A stretch of 64,000 nt of DNA, from contig OY776633.1 in the NCBI GenBank assembly GCA_963675855.1, positions 96,901 to 160,900 on the forward strand, written 5' to 3'. Every line of letters starts with the position of its first letter. Position 1 is the stretch's first letter. This document shows, in pieces, positions 49,050 through 58,195 of this stretch. The translations under genes were made by a program, and so were the position numbers. This DNA is from Christensenellaceae bacterium (GTDB lineage Bacteria > Bacillota > Clostridia > Christensenellales > CAG-138). Below the pieces are notes generated by a model. The model did not search any database, was not told where the DNA came from, and worked only from the letters and a program-made list of their open reading frames with translations.

Positions 49050-50176
49050 TTTTTCCTTCCCCAGGTCGTCTGCATGACGATATCCGTATAGCTTTCGATG
49101 ATCTTGACGACCTTGGCGCTCACGTTTTCATCCATATAGTCTTCGGGCATGGCGGTCGGCTCGCGGTTTTCCGCCATGCCGATGGAAAGCTCCATCGCCT
49201 GCGTGATACTCTTTCCCGTAACGCCGCCGATCACGATCGTGCCCGCGTCCAGCGCCTCCGGCCGCTCGGTGGAGGTGCGGATCAGCACGGCGGGAAAGCC
49301 GAGCATGGCGCTTTCTTCGGAGAGCGTGCCGCTGTCCGAGAGCACGCAGTAAGCGGAGAGCTGCAGTCGGTTGTAGTCGAAAAAGCCGAACGGCTCGAGC
49401 GAGCGCACGTTCGGGTGGAACGCAAAGCCGCGCGCTTCGATGAACTTACGGCTGCGCGGGTGCGTAGAGTAGATCACCGGCATATCGTAGGCTTCGGCAA
49501 CGCCGTTTACCGCGCTCATAAGCGAGAGGAACGCGTCCTCGTCGTCTATGTTTTCCTCGCGGTGCGCCGAGAGCAGGATGTATTTTTTTTCGGTCAGGTT
49601 GAGACGCGACAAGACGTCGCTTTTGATGATCTTTTCCCTGTGTTTTTCGAGCACCTCGCGCATGGGCGACCCGGTAACGAAGATAAACTTGCCGTCGAAG
49701 CCCTCCGAAAGCAGGTAACGGCGGGAGTTCTCCGTATACGGCAGGTTCACGTCGCTGATGCGATCCACGATCACGCGGTTGACCATCTCCGGTACGTTCC
49801 AGTCCCAGCAGCGATTGCCCGCCTCCATGTGGAAGATCGGTATCTTGAGCCGTTTTGCGGCAATGGCCGCGAGTGCCGAGTTCGTATCCCCGAGCACTAA
49901 AAGCGCGTCCGGCCGTTCGCTTTTTAAAACATCATAGCTCTTTGCGATGATATTCCCCATCGTCTCGCCGAGATCCCTGCCGACGCAGCCGAGGTAGTGA
50001 TCCGGCGCGCGCAGTCCAAGCTCGTCGAAAAAGACCTGGTTCAGCTTCTCGTCATAGTTCTGGCCGGTATGTACGAGTACGTGGTCGAAATAGCGGTCCG
50101 CGCACGGGATCACCGCCGAGAGGCGGATGATCTCCGGCCGCGTACCGAGTATGGTCATGAGTCTGAGCTTGTTCAT
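49040..50176 (-). CDS. UDP-sugar 2-epimerase (FnlC/Cap5G/WbjD type)
   Basis: GTRPEIIRLS, HTGQNYD, GDTNS, HMEAGNRC, HREEN, SDSGT..EE, TERPE; follows the fnlA- and fnlB-like genes. Confidence 0.9.
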   Translation of the reverse strand: MNKLRLMTILGTRPEIIRLSAVIPCADRYFDHVLVHTGQNYDEKLNQVFFDELGLRAPDHYLGCVGRDLGETMGNIIAKSYDVLKSERPDALLVLGDTNSALAAIAAKRLKIPIFHMEAGNRCWDWNVPEMVNRVIVDRISDVNLPYTENSRRYLLSEGFDGKFIFVTGSPMREVLEKHREKIIKSDVLSRLNLTEKKYILLSAHREENIDDEDAFLSLMSAVNGVAEAYDMPVIYSTHPRSRKFIEARGFAFHPNVRSLEPFGFFDYNRLQLSAYCVLSDSGTLSEESAMLGFPAVLIRTSTERPEALDAGTIVIGGVTGKSITQAMELSIGMAENREPTAMPEDYMDENVSAKVVKIIESYTDIVMQTTWGRKKCP

Positions 50177-51294
50177 CACGCTCTTTCCACCTCCGAAGCG
50201 ATGGTGTCCGGATGTTCGGCATCGAAGCACTCGCTCGCCCACATCAGCGTCACCATGTCGGTCTTTCCGGTATTTTCGATGCTGTGCGTGTAGCCGACCG
50301 GTATGTCGACCACCGCGAGCTGCTTACCGCTGACGGGATACTCGATCACGTCGTCCATATCGATCCTGCGGAATTTGATGACGCCCGAACCGGATACCAC
50401 GAGAAATTTCTCCGCCTTGGTGTGATGCCAGTGGTCGCCCTTGACGACGCCGGGCCGGCTGACGTTGACGGATACCTGCCCGCCCCCGGCGGATCGTAAA
50501 AACTCCGTAAAGCTGCCGCGCTCGTCCTCGTGCGTCTCCAGCGGATACGAAAATTCCATCACTGGCAAAAAGCTCAGATAGGTGGCGTAGAGCTTGCGCG
50601 TGAGCGGGTCGCTCATGTCCGGCAGAACGTTCGTTTCGCGGATTTCCCGAAACGAGCGGATGCGGTTGGCCACGTCTCCGAGCTTTGCCGTATGGACGAT
50701 GGGAACGACGCAGTGCGGCCCTTCCATGGTGGCCTTGTCGTCGATCAGGTCGCACAGCGCCTCCGCCACGTCGTCCACATAGGCGAGGCTGAGTACGGCG
50801 GACTCGTTGTTTACCGCGATGGGCAGATCGTGCGAAACATTGTAGCAGAACGTCGCCACCGCGCTGTTGTAGTTGGGTTTGGACCACTTGCCGAACACGT
50901 TGGGGAATCGAAAGACGTATACTTTCGCGCCGGTTTCGCGCGCGTAATGGTCGAGTAGCTCCTCCGCGGCTTTCTTGCTGCGGCCGTAGAGGTTCGGCAG
51001 CGCCGCCTGCGTGGAGGATGCGTACATGACGGGGCAGCGGTTTTTATGCCGGATCATCATACGAAGCAGGGTGTCGGTAAAACCGAAATTGCCCTGCATG
51101 AACTCCTCCTGCTGTTTGGGGCGGTTGACCCCAGCGAGGTGGAATACAAAGCCGCACTCGGCGCAGTAACGTTCCAGAAACTCCATGGGCGTGTCCGCGT
51201 CGAATTTCAGCAGATCGTGATAGCCGCGCGCGCGCAGCGCGACGATCAGGTTTCTGCCGATGAACCCCCCGGCGCCCGTGATCAGTATCTTCAT
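50176..51294 (-). CDS. FnlB/Cap5F/WbjC-type SDR reductase with a C-terminal cupin domain
   Basis: TGAGGFIG, HLAGVNRP, YG.SK, NVFGKW..PNYNS, DERGSF.E, HWHH.K.EKF.V, PVGYTH. Confidence 0.9.
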   Translation of the reverse strand: MKILITGAGGFIGRNLIVALRARGYHDLLKFDADTPMEFLERYCAECGFVFHLAGVNRPKQQEEFMQGNFGFTDTLLRMMIRHKNRCPVMYASSTQAALPNLYGRSKKAAEELLDHYARETGAKVYVFRFPNVFGKWSKPNYNSAVATFCYNVSHDLPIAVNNESAVLSLAYVDDVAEALCDLIDDKATMEGPHCVVPIVHTAKLGDVANRIRSFREIRETNVLPDMSDPLTRKLYATYLSFLPVMEFSYPLETHEDERGSFTEFLRSAGGGQVSVNVSRPGVVKGDHWHHTKAEKFLVVSGSGVIKFRRIDMDDVIEYPVSGKQLAVVDIPVGYTHSIENTGKTDMVTLMWASECFDAEHPDTIASEVERA

Positions 51295-51364
51295 ACGCAC
51301 CAATCCCCGTTTCCGCGTCCCGTTCTGATGTGCCTGTCCGTTTCCGCGTACAATCCGTGTATTG

Positions 51365-52396
51365 TTAGCGCTGCTGTCCGCCGTTCAATTCATTTTGAAT
51401 ATAGGAAAGCGCCAGCAGCCGCTCCTTCACCTCTTCGATTGTCAGCAGGTCGGTGTTGTTGGAGTTGAATTCCGTCAGGGTTTTTTTCTCCCTGTAGCCT
51501 CGCTCGAAATACTGTTCGTAGTTCAGGTCCCGCGCGTCGGCGGGAACGCGATAATACTTGCCGAGATCTTCCGCGCGGGCGCATTCCTCATTCGTTAAGA
51601 GCGTTTCGTACATCTTCTCGCCGTGGCGGATGCCGATGATGCGCACGGGGTTTTCCGCGCCGAAGATCTGTTTGACCGCTTCCGCAAGCACGGCGATTGT
51701 GCACGCCGGCGCTTTCTGCACCATGATATCGCCCGTGCTTCCGTTTTCAAAAGTATACGCGACGAGTTCCACCGCCTCCTCGAGGCTCATGATAAAGCGC
51801 GTCATGTCCGGGTGTGTCAGCGTCAGCGGCAATCCGGATTTGATCTGCTCTACGAAAAGCGGGATCACGCTTCCGCGCGAGCACATGACGTTGCCGTAGC
51901 GCGTGCAGCAGATCGTCGTTTGTTCCGGTGAAACCGTGCGCGAACGCGCGACGGCGACCTTCTCCATCATGGCCTTGCTCGTGCCCATGGCGTTGACGGG
52001 GTATGCGGCCTTGTCCGTGGACAGACAGATGACGCGCCGCACGCCCTCCTCTATGGCGGCTTCGAGCACGTTGTCCGTGCCAAGGACGTTTGTCTTGACC
52101 GCCTCGACCGGAAAAAATTCGCAGGACGGTACCTGCTTGAGCGCCGCCGCGTGAAATACGTAGTCTACGTTATAGATCGCGCCTTTGAGGCTGCCAGTAT
52201 CGCGTACGTCGCCGAGGAAAAAGCGGATCTTGTCGCTCTGATAGCGGCGGCGCATATCGTCCTGCTTCTTCTCGTCCCGCGAGAAGATGCGGATCTCCTT
52301 CACGCCGGAGTGGAGAAACCGCTCCAGTACGGCGTTGCCGAAGCTCCCCGTTCCGCCTGTAATCAGCAGCGTTTTTCCGTCAAACACACCCTTCAC
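51365..52396 (-). CDS. UDP-GlcNAc 4,6-dehydratase/epimerase (FnlA/Cap5E/WbjB type)
   Basis: TGGTGSFG, FSRDEKKQDDMR, HAAALKQVPSCEF, STDKA.YP.NAMG.SKA, RYGNV..SRGSV, RHGEK.YE. Confidence 0.92.
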   Translation of the reverse strand: MKGVFDGKTLLITGGTGSFGNAVLERFLHSGVKEIRIFSRDEKKQDDMRRRYQSDKIRFFLGDVRDTGSLKGAIYNVDYVFHAAALKQVPSCEFFPVEAVKTNVLGTDNVLEAAIEEGVRRVICLSTDKAAYPVNAMGTSKAMMEKVAVARSRTVSPEQTTICCTRYGNVMCSRGSVIPLFVEQIKSGLPLTLTHPDMTRFIMSLEEAVELVAYTFENGSTGDIMVQKAPACTIAVLAEAVKQIFGAENPVRIIGIRHGEKMYETLLTNEECARAEDLGKYYRVPADARDLNYEQYFERGYREKKTLTEFNSNNTDLLTIEEVKERLLALSYIQNELNGGQQR

Positions 52397-52407
52397 CCCG
52401 TTTCAGC

Positions 52408-54234
52408 TTATCGCAGCCAGTCATAATACGCCCGCGTCGCCTGCGCGCGCGAAACGTGGCCGCAGGCATAGCTCCTTGCGCGCGCGCCGAGTTCTTCAAG
52501 CGGCACGGTGCTCGCGTGCAGACGCAGTATCGCGTCCGCCATCTCCCGCGGTTCGCCGGGCGCTACGCATACGCCGTAACCCTCGCGCTCGATGGAGCGC
52601 GCCCACTCGCTGCCCGCGTCCACGCAGGCGATGACCGGCCTGCCCGCGGCGAGCGCGGACCAGGTTTTGCTCGGCATGGCGAAGCGCGTCGTGCCTTTTT
52701 TCAGCGGTACGAGCGCGGCGTTTCCCAGAGAATACACCTCCGCCACGCGTTCCGAGGCATACAGCGGGAAGAGCAGCACGTTTTCGATCCGCTCGTGTTC
52801 GATGCGGTTCTTTACGTGCTCTGAAAGCTCGCCTCCTCCGAATATGACGATGCGGATATCCTCCTGCTCCAGCAGAAGTTTCGCCGCGTCGAGAATCACA
52901 TCCGGCTCCTGCAGAACACCGAGCGTTCCGGCATAAACGGCGTAGAAGCGGTCTCTGGGCAGATTCAGTTCGTCGAACAGCGTGTTTTTCTCGCGCGAAA
53001 CGGGCTGAATGCTCTCGGTGTCCGCCCAGTTCGGGATCACGGCAACCTTCCGCTCATCAATCCCGCGGGCGACCAACGTACGTTTCATGTCCTCCGAAAG
53101 CGTAACGAACGCTGAATTTTTACGATAGACGCGCTGTTCCATGCGCCGGGACAGCCGCACGACGGGATGCCATTCGGTGAATTTGCCCATGGCGACCATG
53201 CTGTCGGGAAAAATGTCCTGCAGGATATAGACCGTCCGTGCGCGGCGGCTTAATTTCGCGCCGACCAGGCCGAGAAACGGCGGCATGCTGCCGAGCAGGT
53301 ACACGTCCGCCTTGATCCTCTTCGCCTCGCGGCTGAGCGCGCGCGTGTTGTTCAGAAAATGCAGCGCGCGCTGGAAGAAGCTCTTCCCCTCGCGCTTTTT
53401 TGTGCCGACGCGCAGGACGCGGTAGCCCTCCGGCGTTGTTTCGTCCGTTCGTTCGAGGTATGTGTCCCTGACTTCTTCGCTCAACCCGCGGTTGGGCATA
53501 TTGGTGATGACGCTGACGCGTGCGCCGTAGCGGCACAAATCCTCCGCCAAATCGGCATAGAGGTGCGTAATGGGCGTGATCTCCGGCGCGAAATACGTCG
53601 TCACCAGCGCAACGTGCAGCCGTTCTTCCGTATCCGCCGCCCCCTCTCGCACGCCGCGGCGCTTCAGCACGCTTCCGATCGTGCCGAAAAAGCAGCGGCA
53701 GTCCATGATAAATCCGAATCGTTCGACATACTCTCCGTCATAGGCGGCTTTAACCGGAACCGGCAATTCGTCCCGCCCGTTGATCTGCGCCCATCCGGTC
53801 AGCCCGGGGCGCAGGTGGTTGGGCGTCAGGCCGCGTTTCGATATGTGCCTGTCACGCTCGGCAATCAGGTCGAACTGGTTCCAGAGCGCGGGACGTGGGC
53901 CGACGATCGACATATCCCCCGTAATGATGTTCCAAAGCTGCGGCAGCTCGTCGAGGCTGGTTCTGCGCAGGAAACGGCCGACGCGGGTGATGCATGCGCC
54001 GGAATTCTTTAAAAGATGCGTCGGCACGTCGCACGGGGTATCCGCGCGCATGGTGCGGAATTTGAGAATTGAAAAATGCGTCTTGTCTTTTCCAACGCGC
54101 TTCTGGCGAAAGAGCACCGGTCCGCGCGATTCCAGTTTGACCGCGGCGGCAAGAACAAGCAGCAGGGGGGAAAGCGCAACGCCGCCGATCAGGGAAACGA
54201 TGACGTCCAGCCATCGCTTGATGCGAAAATACAT
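52408..54234 (-). CDS. Priming phosphoglycosyl transferase fused to a WbuB-like GT4 glycosyltransferase
   Basis: N-part: KR..D, GPV.F.Q.R.G, KFRTM, LR.TSLDELPQL, GDMS.VGPRP, PGLTGWAQ.NGR. C-part: YF.PE, PNR, S.PP, QD.FP, IPNW, YAG..G..Q, PSK....LAAG.P. One frame; ATG behind AGAAGGAAG. Confidence 0.87.
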   Translation of the reverse strand: MYFRIKRWLDVIVSLIGGVALSPLLLVLAAAVKLESRGPVLFRQKRVGKDKTHFSILKFRTMRADTPCDVPTHLLKNSGACITRVGRFLRRTSLDELPQLWNIITGDMSIVGPRPALWNQFDLIAERDRHISKRGLTPNHLRPGLTGWAQINGRDELPVPVKAAYDGEYVERFGFIMDCRCFFGTIGSVLKRRGVREGAADTEERLHVALVTTYFAPEITPITHLYADLAEDLCRYGARVSVITNMPNRGLSEEVRDTYLERTDETTPEGYRVLRVGTKKREGKSFFQRALHFLNNTRALSREAKRIKADVYLLGSMPPFLGLVGAKLSRRARTVYILQDIFPDSMVAMGKFTEWHPVVRLSRRMEQRVYRKNSAFVTLSEDMKRTLVARGIDERKVAVIPNWADTESIQPVSREKNTLFDELNLPRDRFYAVYAGTLGVLQEPDVILDAAKLLLEQEDIRIVIFGGGELSEHVKNRIEHERIENVLLFPLYASERVAEVYSLGNAALVPLKKGTTRFAMPSKTWSALAAGRPVIACVDAGSEWARSIEREGYGVCVAPGEPREMADAILRLHASTVPLEELGARARSYACGHVSRAQATRAYYDWLR

Positions 54235-54382
54235 GTTCTTCCTTCTGCGGCGGGATGTTTTTCCCATCGCCAGCTGGATCAATCCGCGGGTTTTTAGCGT
54301 TAATTTGCCGGCAAATCGCCGTCGTTTTCCGGGATTTTGCCTGCACAAACCAAACGGGCCTGTTCCCCCGCTTATAGCGAAA

Positions 54383-54411
54383 ATTTTACCATGCAAGTCA
54401 GTGGGTGTCAA
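54383..54411 (-). promoter_or_regulatory. sigmaA promoter of the glycan operon
   Basis: TTGACA-17 nt-TAAAAT on the minus strand, giving a leader of about 140 nt. Confidence 0.8.
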
Positions 54412-54444
54412 TCGAGCGCAAGGCGCGCGCCGCTGCGGCAAACG

Positions 54445-54473
54445 AAACGGAGGAAGCGCTTCCTCCGTTTTTT
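54445..54473 (-). terminator. Terminator after the BTAD regulator
   Basis: AAACGGAGGAA-GCGC-TTCCTCCGTTT inverted repeat. Confidence 0.7.
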
Positions 54474-54497
54474 TATCTCTCTATGCGGCCGGCTTTT

Positions 54498-55745
54498 TCA
54501 CTCCCCGTCCTTGCATTCGTAAACGCGTTTTTGCGTGTTTACGTCGTATTTATTGATGCAAAGCGGGCGGAGCTTGTAGGTGAGCACCACGCTCGATTTG
54601 ACGTATTCGTTGTAAAACGCCTTTTTGATGCGGTCCATGACGAGCCGCCCCGTCTCGTATGTGACGGAAGGCAGCAGCACGACATACTGCATGACGCTGT
54701 ATCGCGATATGGTGTCCCCGCGCCGCAGGTTGGTCTGCGCGACGTGCAGCAGCTGCTTCATGATGTTGTCGAGCACGAGGTTGTCGAAGCGCTGCTCGTA
54801 GGTGTTGCTGATGGTCAAAAGCGCTAAAAACATCGTGCCGTTGTAGCGTTCGAGCATGCGCCGCTGGAGCTGGTAGATCTCCTTGAAAATCTCGTACTCG
54901 CAGATGAACGCGCCGTAGCTTTCGGTGTTCTCCTCGAGCATATTCTGCACTTTTTCGATGTCCGCTTCCATCTCCTGGTCGGCCTGTACGATGAGCTTGT
55001 ACACCGCGCGGATCTCGCCGGAAGGCTGGATGCCGAGCTGTTTATAGTGCAGGTCGGTCGCGAAATAATACTGCGAGAGCGCCTCGCGCTTCTTACCCGT
55101 CTTGACCAGCGCCATCATGAGTTCGAGGTGCAGACGTTCGTCGAACATGTCCACGTCCATCGCCTTGCGGCAGACCTGCACGATAACGTCGTATTCCTCT
55201 TCCTCTTTTAACAGATCGAGCAGGATAAACACGCTTTCTAGAAACAGGTCGTGGTAATACACGCTCTTGGGAACGACCCACATCTCTTCTGCGGAGTTGG
55301 TCAAAAGCGGCCCCGTATAGATCTGCAGCATCTGAAGGTAGCGTTCGATGCTTTCGCGCTTGCTCATGCCGGGCGTGCGCGCCTCCTGGCAGAGCCGCTC
55401 AAACTCGAACACGTCGATCTCGCAGTCGAGGTTCGGATTCCACTGATACGCGCCGCGCGCGGTGAGGACGGACTCCGACAGTTCCGGCAGGCCGCTTTGA
55501 TCCACCAGCGAGCGGTAGCGGTGCAGCAGTGTTCGAAGCGCCGTCGCGGGGTTTCTGTTATCCTTGTCCGACCAGAGCATTTCGAGAAGCTCCTCGTGCG
55601 GAACAGCCCTGTCCTTTTTCAGGATCAGATATTCAAGAAATTGGCTCGTCTTCTTTGCCTGGCGCAATTGCGTGAGCGCAACGTTTCCGTTGACCACGAT
55701 TTCAAAAGTGCCAAACATTCTGATTTTAATCTTCGCGTTGGACAT
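54498..55745 (-). CDS. SARP-type regulator: winged HTH, BTAD and a degenerate GGDEF-like domain
   Basis: I.MFG.F, L.YL, L.EMLW......P..AL...L.R.R, Y.WN, D..EFE, Y.G.LL, D..DE..H..LM, A...Y, LG..PS. C-terminal LRRGD.ISRYSVMQYVVLLP in place of RxxDxxxRxGGDEF. Confidence 0.85.
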   Translation of the reverse strand: MSNAKIKIRMFGTFEIVVNGNVALTQLRQAKKTSQFLEYLILKKDRAVPHEELLEMLWSDKDNRNPATALRTLLHRYRSLVDQSGLPELSESVLTARGAYQWNPNLDCEIDVFEFERLCQEARTPGMSKRESIERYLQMLQIYTGPLLTNSAEEMWVVPKSVYYHDLFLESVFILLDLLKEEEEYDVIVQVCRKAMDVDMFDERLHLELMMALVKTGKKREALSQYYFATDLHYKQLGIQPSGEIRAVYKLIVQADQEMEADIEKVQNMLEENTESYGAFICEYEIFKEIYQLQRRMLERYNGTMFLALLTISNTYEQRFDNLVLDNIMKQLLHVAQTNLRRGDTISRYSVMQYVVLLPSVTYETGRLVMDRIKKAFYNEYVKSSVVLTYKLRPLCINKYDVNTQKRVYECKDGE

Positions 55746-55790
55746 GCCGTCTCCTCCTTGTCGGTTCGGGTGTATGCGAAACTGTTCCGC

Positions 55791-56855
55791 TCAACCCTCG
55801 GTCAATTTCTTTCTCATCTGGTCGGGATTTGCCGCAAAGAGCAGTGCGGTCTCCTTTGAGACGCGCCCGTCTGCGTACAAACGGAGGATATCTCCGTCCA
55901 TCGTGCGCATACCCTCCCGCGCGCCGGCGTAGATGACGTTGTCCATCTGGTGCGCCTTGCCGTCGCGGATCATATTTTGAATCGCGCTGTTAACCAGCAT
56001 GATCTCAAACGCGGGTTCGAGCCCGCCGTCCGCAGTCGGCAGCAGCTGCTGGCTGACCACGGCGCGCAGCACCATCGACAGCTGCACGCGTATCTGCTGC
56101 TGCTGGTTGGCGGGAAATACGTCTATGATGCGGTCTATCGTCTTCGCCGCGCCGATGGTGTGCAGCGTGCTGAGCACGAGCTGCCCCGTTTCGGCGGCGG
56201 TCAGCGCGGTCTGTATCGTCTCGAAATCGCGCATTTCGCCGAGCAGTATCACATCCGGCGCCTGCCTTAATGCCGCGCGCAGGGCGGTCTGGTAACTGCG
56301 TGTATCGTGGTCCAATTCGCGCTGGCTGAGCACGCTCTGCTTATGCGCGTGGATAAACTCGATCGGATCCTCGATCGTAACGATGTGCCCGCGCCGGTTG
56401 GCATTGATGCGGTCGATCACGCACGCGAGCGTGGTCGATTTTCCGCTCGCCGCGGGGCCGGTAACGAGCACGAGCCCTTTTTTGATGTCCGCAAGACGAA
56501 GTATCTCGTCCGGTATGTGCATGGCATGCGGGTCCGGAAGCGCGAGCGAAACGATGCGCAGCACCATCGCAAGCGAGTTGCGCTGCTGGTACGCGTTGCA
56601 CCTGAATCGCCCGACGCCGCTGATGGAAAACGAAAAATCGTCGTCGCCTTCTTCCAAAAGACAGTCCATCTCCCGGTGGTCCATGTCGTAAACCTGCTTG
56701 ATAAGCCGCTTCGTGTCGTCCGGCCGCAGCACCGTATCAAGGAGCGGCCGCACCTCGCCGGAAACCTTCAGGCGCACGCAGGAACCGGGTATGATGAACA
56801 CATCCGATCCGCCTTTTTCGATTGCCGCCTGCAGGATATCCTGTATTTCCGTCAT
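55791..56855 (-). CDS. pilT: PilT/PilU family type IV pilus ATPase
   Basis: SD..I, GR.R.N, GPAASGKST, TIEDPIE, LRQ.PDVIL.GE.RD, TG.LV.STLH, AIQNMIRD (AIRNLIRE-like); no PilB N-terminal domain. Confidence 0.92.
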   Translation of the reverse strand: MTEIQDILQAAIEKGGSDVFIIPGSCVRLKVSGEVRPLLDTVLRPDDTKRLIKQVYDMDHREMDCLLEEGDDDFSFSISGVGRFRCNAYQQRNSLAMVLRIVSLALPDPHAMHIPDEILRLADIKKGLVLVTGPAASGKSTTLACVIDRINANRRGHIVTIEDPIEFIHAHKQSVLSQRELDHDTRSYQTALRAALRQAPDVILLGEMRDFETIQTALTAAETGQLVLSTLHTIGAAKTIDRIIDVFPANQQQQIRVQLSMVLRAVVSQQLLPTADGGLEPAFEIMLVNSAIQNMIRDGKAHQMDNVIYAGAREGMRTMDGDILRLYADGRVSKETALLFAANPDQMRKKLTEG

Positions 56856-56859
56856 AGGT

Positions 56860-57276
56860 TCAATCCCCCTGCCAGAGCGTCCCGGCGCTCTGACCGACCC
56901 ACTCCGACGCGTTTTCATAGCGATATTTGAGAATAACGCAGCTTCCGCCGGACAAATCGACCGTTACGCCCAGCGTATGCCCGTCGAACGAACCCACCGA
57001 AAACGCATAGGTCCCGTCCGCTTGCCGCGTCACGCCCTCTATACTCTCCGGCTTTTCGCCCGCCGCCAGCGCGTCGTCCAGCGCGGCGATGAGCCGCTGC
57101 GCACGCGCGTCCGCGTCATAATACGCGTCGGTGCTGACTGCGGTCTTGTCAGTGAGCGCCGCGTCCGAGCGCGCCTGCAACAGTGCGAGCGAGGCAAACA
57201 GCGTCAGGCTCACAACCACGAGAATGAGCAGTATGCTCGACGCGCCGACGCCCATGCGGGAAGGAACCTGTTTCAT
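56860..57276 (-). CDS. Pilin-like small protein (PilX/GspK-like N-terminus)
   Basis: Short basic leader, G|ASSILLILVVVSL hydrophobic helix, small soluble domain; ATGA coupling to the upstream gene. Confidence 0.6.
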   Translation of the reverse strand: MKQVPSRMGVGASSILLILVVVSLTLFASLALLQARSDAALTDKTAVSTDAYYDADARAQRLIAALDDALAAGEKPESIEGVTRQADGTYAFSVGSFDGHTLGVTVDLSGGSCVILKYRYENASEWVGQSAGTLWQGD

Positions 57277-57695
57277 GGGCCCACCTCCGCATCCGGAATA
57301 TACCGCGCGGCGTCCAGCCAATAGATCTCGCCGCCGGGCGAAGCGACGCTGAGTTCAATGTCGTACAGCGTGCCCTGCAGCGGAGAATCGTCCGGCGTGA
57401 CGATACAATCCACCGTCAGATCGGAAGCGGTCTCCATCGAAAAAGCATATACGCCGCATTCGTTGCAGTCGCCTTCACCGGCGGGGTTCGCCTTGATTCG
57501 CTCGGCCGCACTTTCCATGGCGATGATCGCACGCGCATGGTAGGCGCTCTCCTGAGCGGTTACGCTTGCGGCCGCAATCAGCCGGACGATCACGCTCGCC
57601 GAGAGCGCGAAGAAAAGAATGACGAAGATCAGCTCGATGAGCACCGGGCTGAATACGCTGCGTTTTTTCACCGAGCGAAGCGTGGTTTGCGTCAT
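57273..57695 (-). CDS. Pilin-like small protein
   Basis: KKRS..SPVLIELIFVILFF resembles the (G|F)TLIEL class III signal but lacks the Gly; long helix follows. Confidence 0.62.
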   Translation of the reverse strand: MTQTTLRSVKKRSVFSPVLIELIFVILFFALSASVIVRLIAAASVTAQESAYHARAIIAMESAAERIKANPAGEGDCNECGVYAFSMETASDLTVDCIVTPDDSPLQGTLYDIELSVASPGGEIYWLDAARYIPDAEVGP

Positions 57696-58195
57696 GCGCC
57701 GCCCTCCTTCGCCGCCTGCAGGCAGAGCGCGGCGCTGTGCGCCTCTCCGCCTTCGTCTACCAATTCTATGGAAAGTAGGCCGCCTTCCAGCGTCAGGCGC
57801 ATCGCGTTAGCCGAAAAGATGCCTTCACCGTAATCCGGCGAAAACGCGGCGTCCGCCGCTGCGAAATATTCGCAAACCTGCGTCCCGTCGCAGTAGATAT
57901 AAGTGTTGTACCGTTCGCCGCCGTATATGCCGCCGAGTACGAGCACGTCCGTGCCGTCTTCGCCGCGCACGATCGAAAGCATGTCCGCTTCGTCCGCGCC
58001 GCGCACTTTGCCGATCAGATAGCTCAACCCCGTGCGGGAGACGTATGCGTGCTCCGCCGTGTCGTTGATCATGCGGTAAGAGCGCGCGCCGGCGATAACG
58101 ATGACGAGCGAAAGCAGCGCAAACGCCGCAAGCAGCGCGAAAATGAAAGCCCCGCGCATTTCGCCGCGTCCGCGGACGCCCGATCCGGCGCTCAC
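57692..58195 (-). CDS. DUF4860-like, pilin-like membrane protein
   Basis: RG|AFIFALL TM helix; RT.LSY...KVR..D, Y.TYIY...G...EY and G..I pattern recalled for DUF4860. Confidence 0.65.
   Translation of the reverse strand: MSAGSGVRGRGEMRGAFIFALLAAFALLSLVIVIAGARSYRMINDTAEHAYVSRTGLSYLIGKVRGADEADMLSIVRGEDGTDVLVLGGIYGGERYNTYIYCDGTQVCEYFAAADAAFSPDYGEGIFSANAMRLTLEGGLLSIELVDEGGEAHSAALCLQAAKEGGA

Noticed and set aside
51307-51349. 12-bp direct repeat CCGTTTCCGCGT between the fnlA- and fnlB-like genes
   Set aside because: Too short, only two copies, and no associated element.
54290-54350. c-di-GMP-I (GEMM) riboswitch in the glycan operon leader
   Set aside because: GGCAAA is present, but the GAAA tetraloop/receptor and GACGCAAAG junction do not line up. 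Kept only as an unexplained structured leader.
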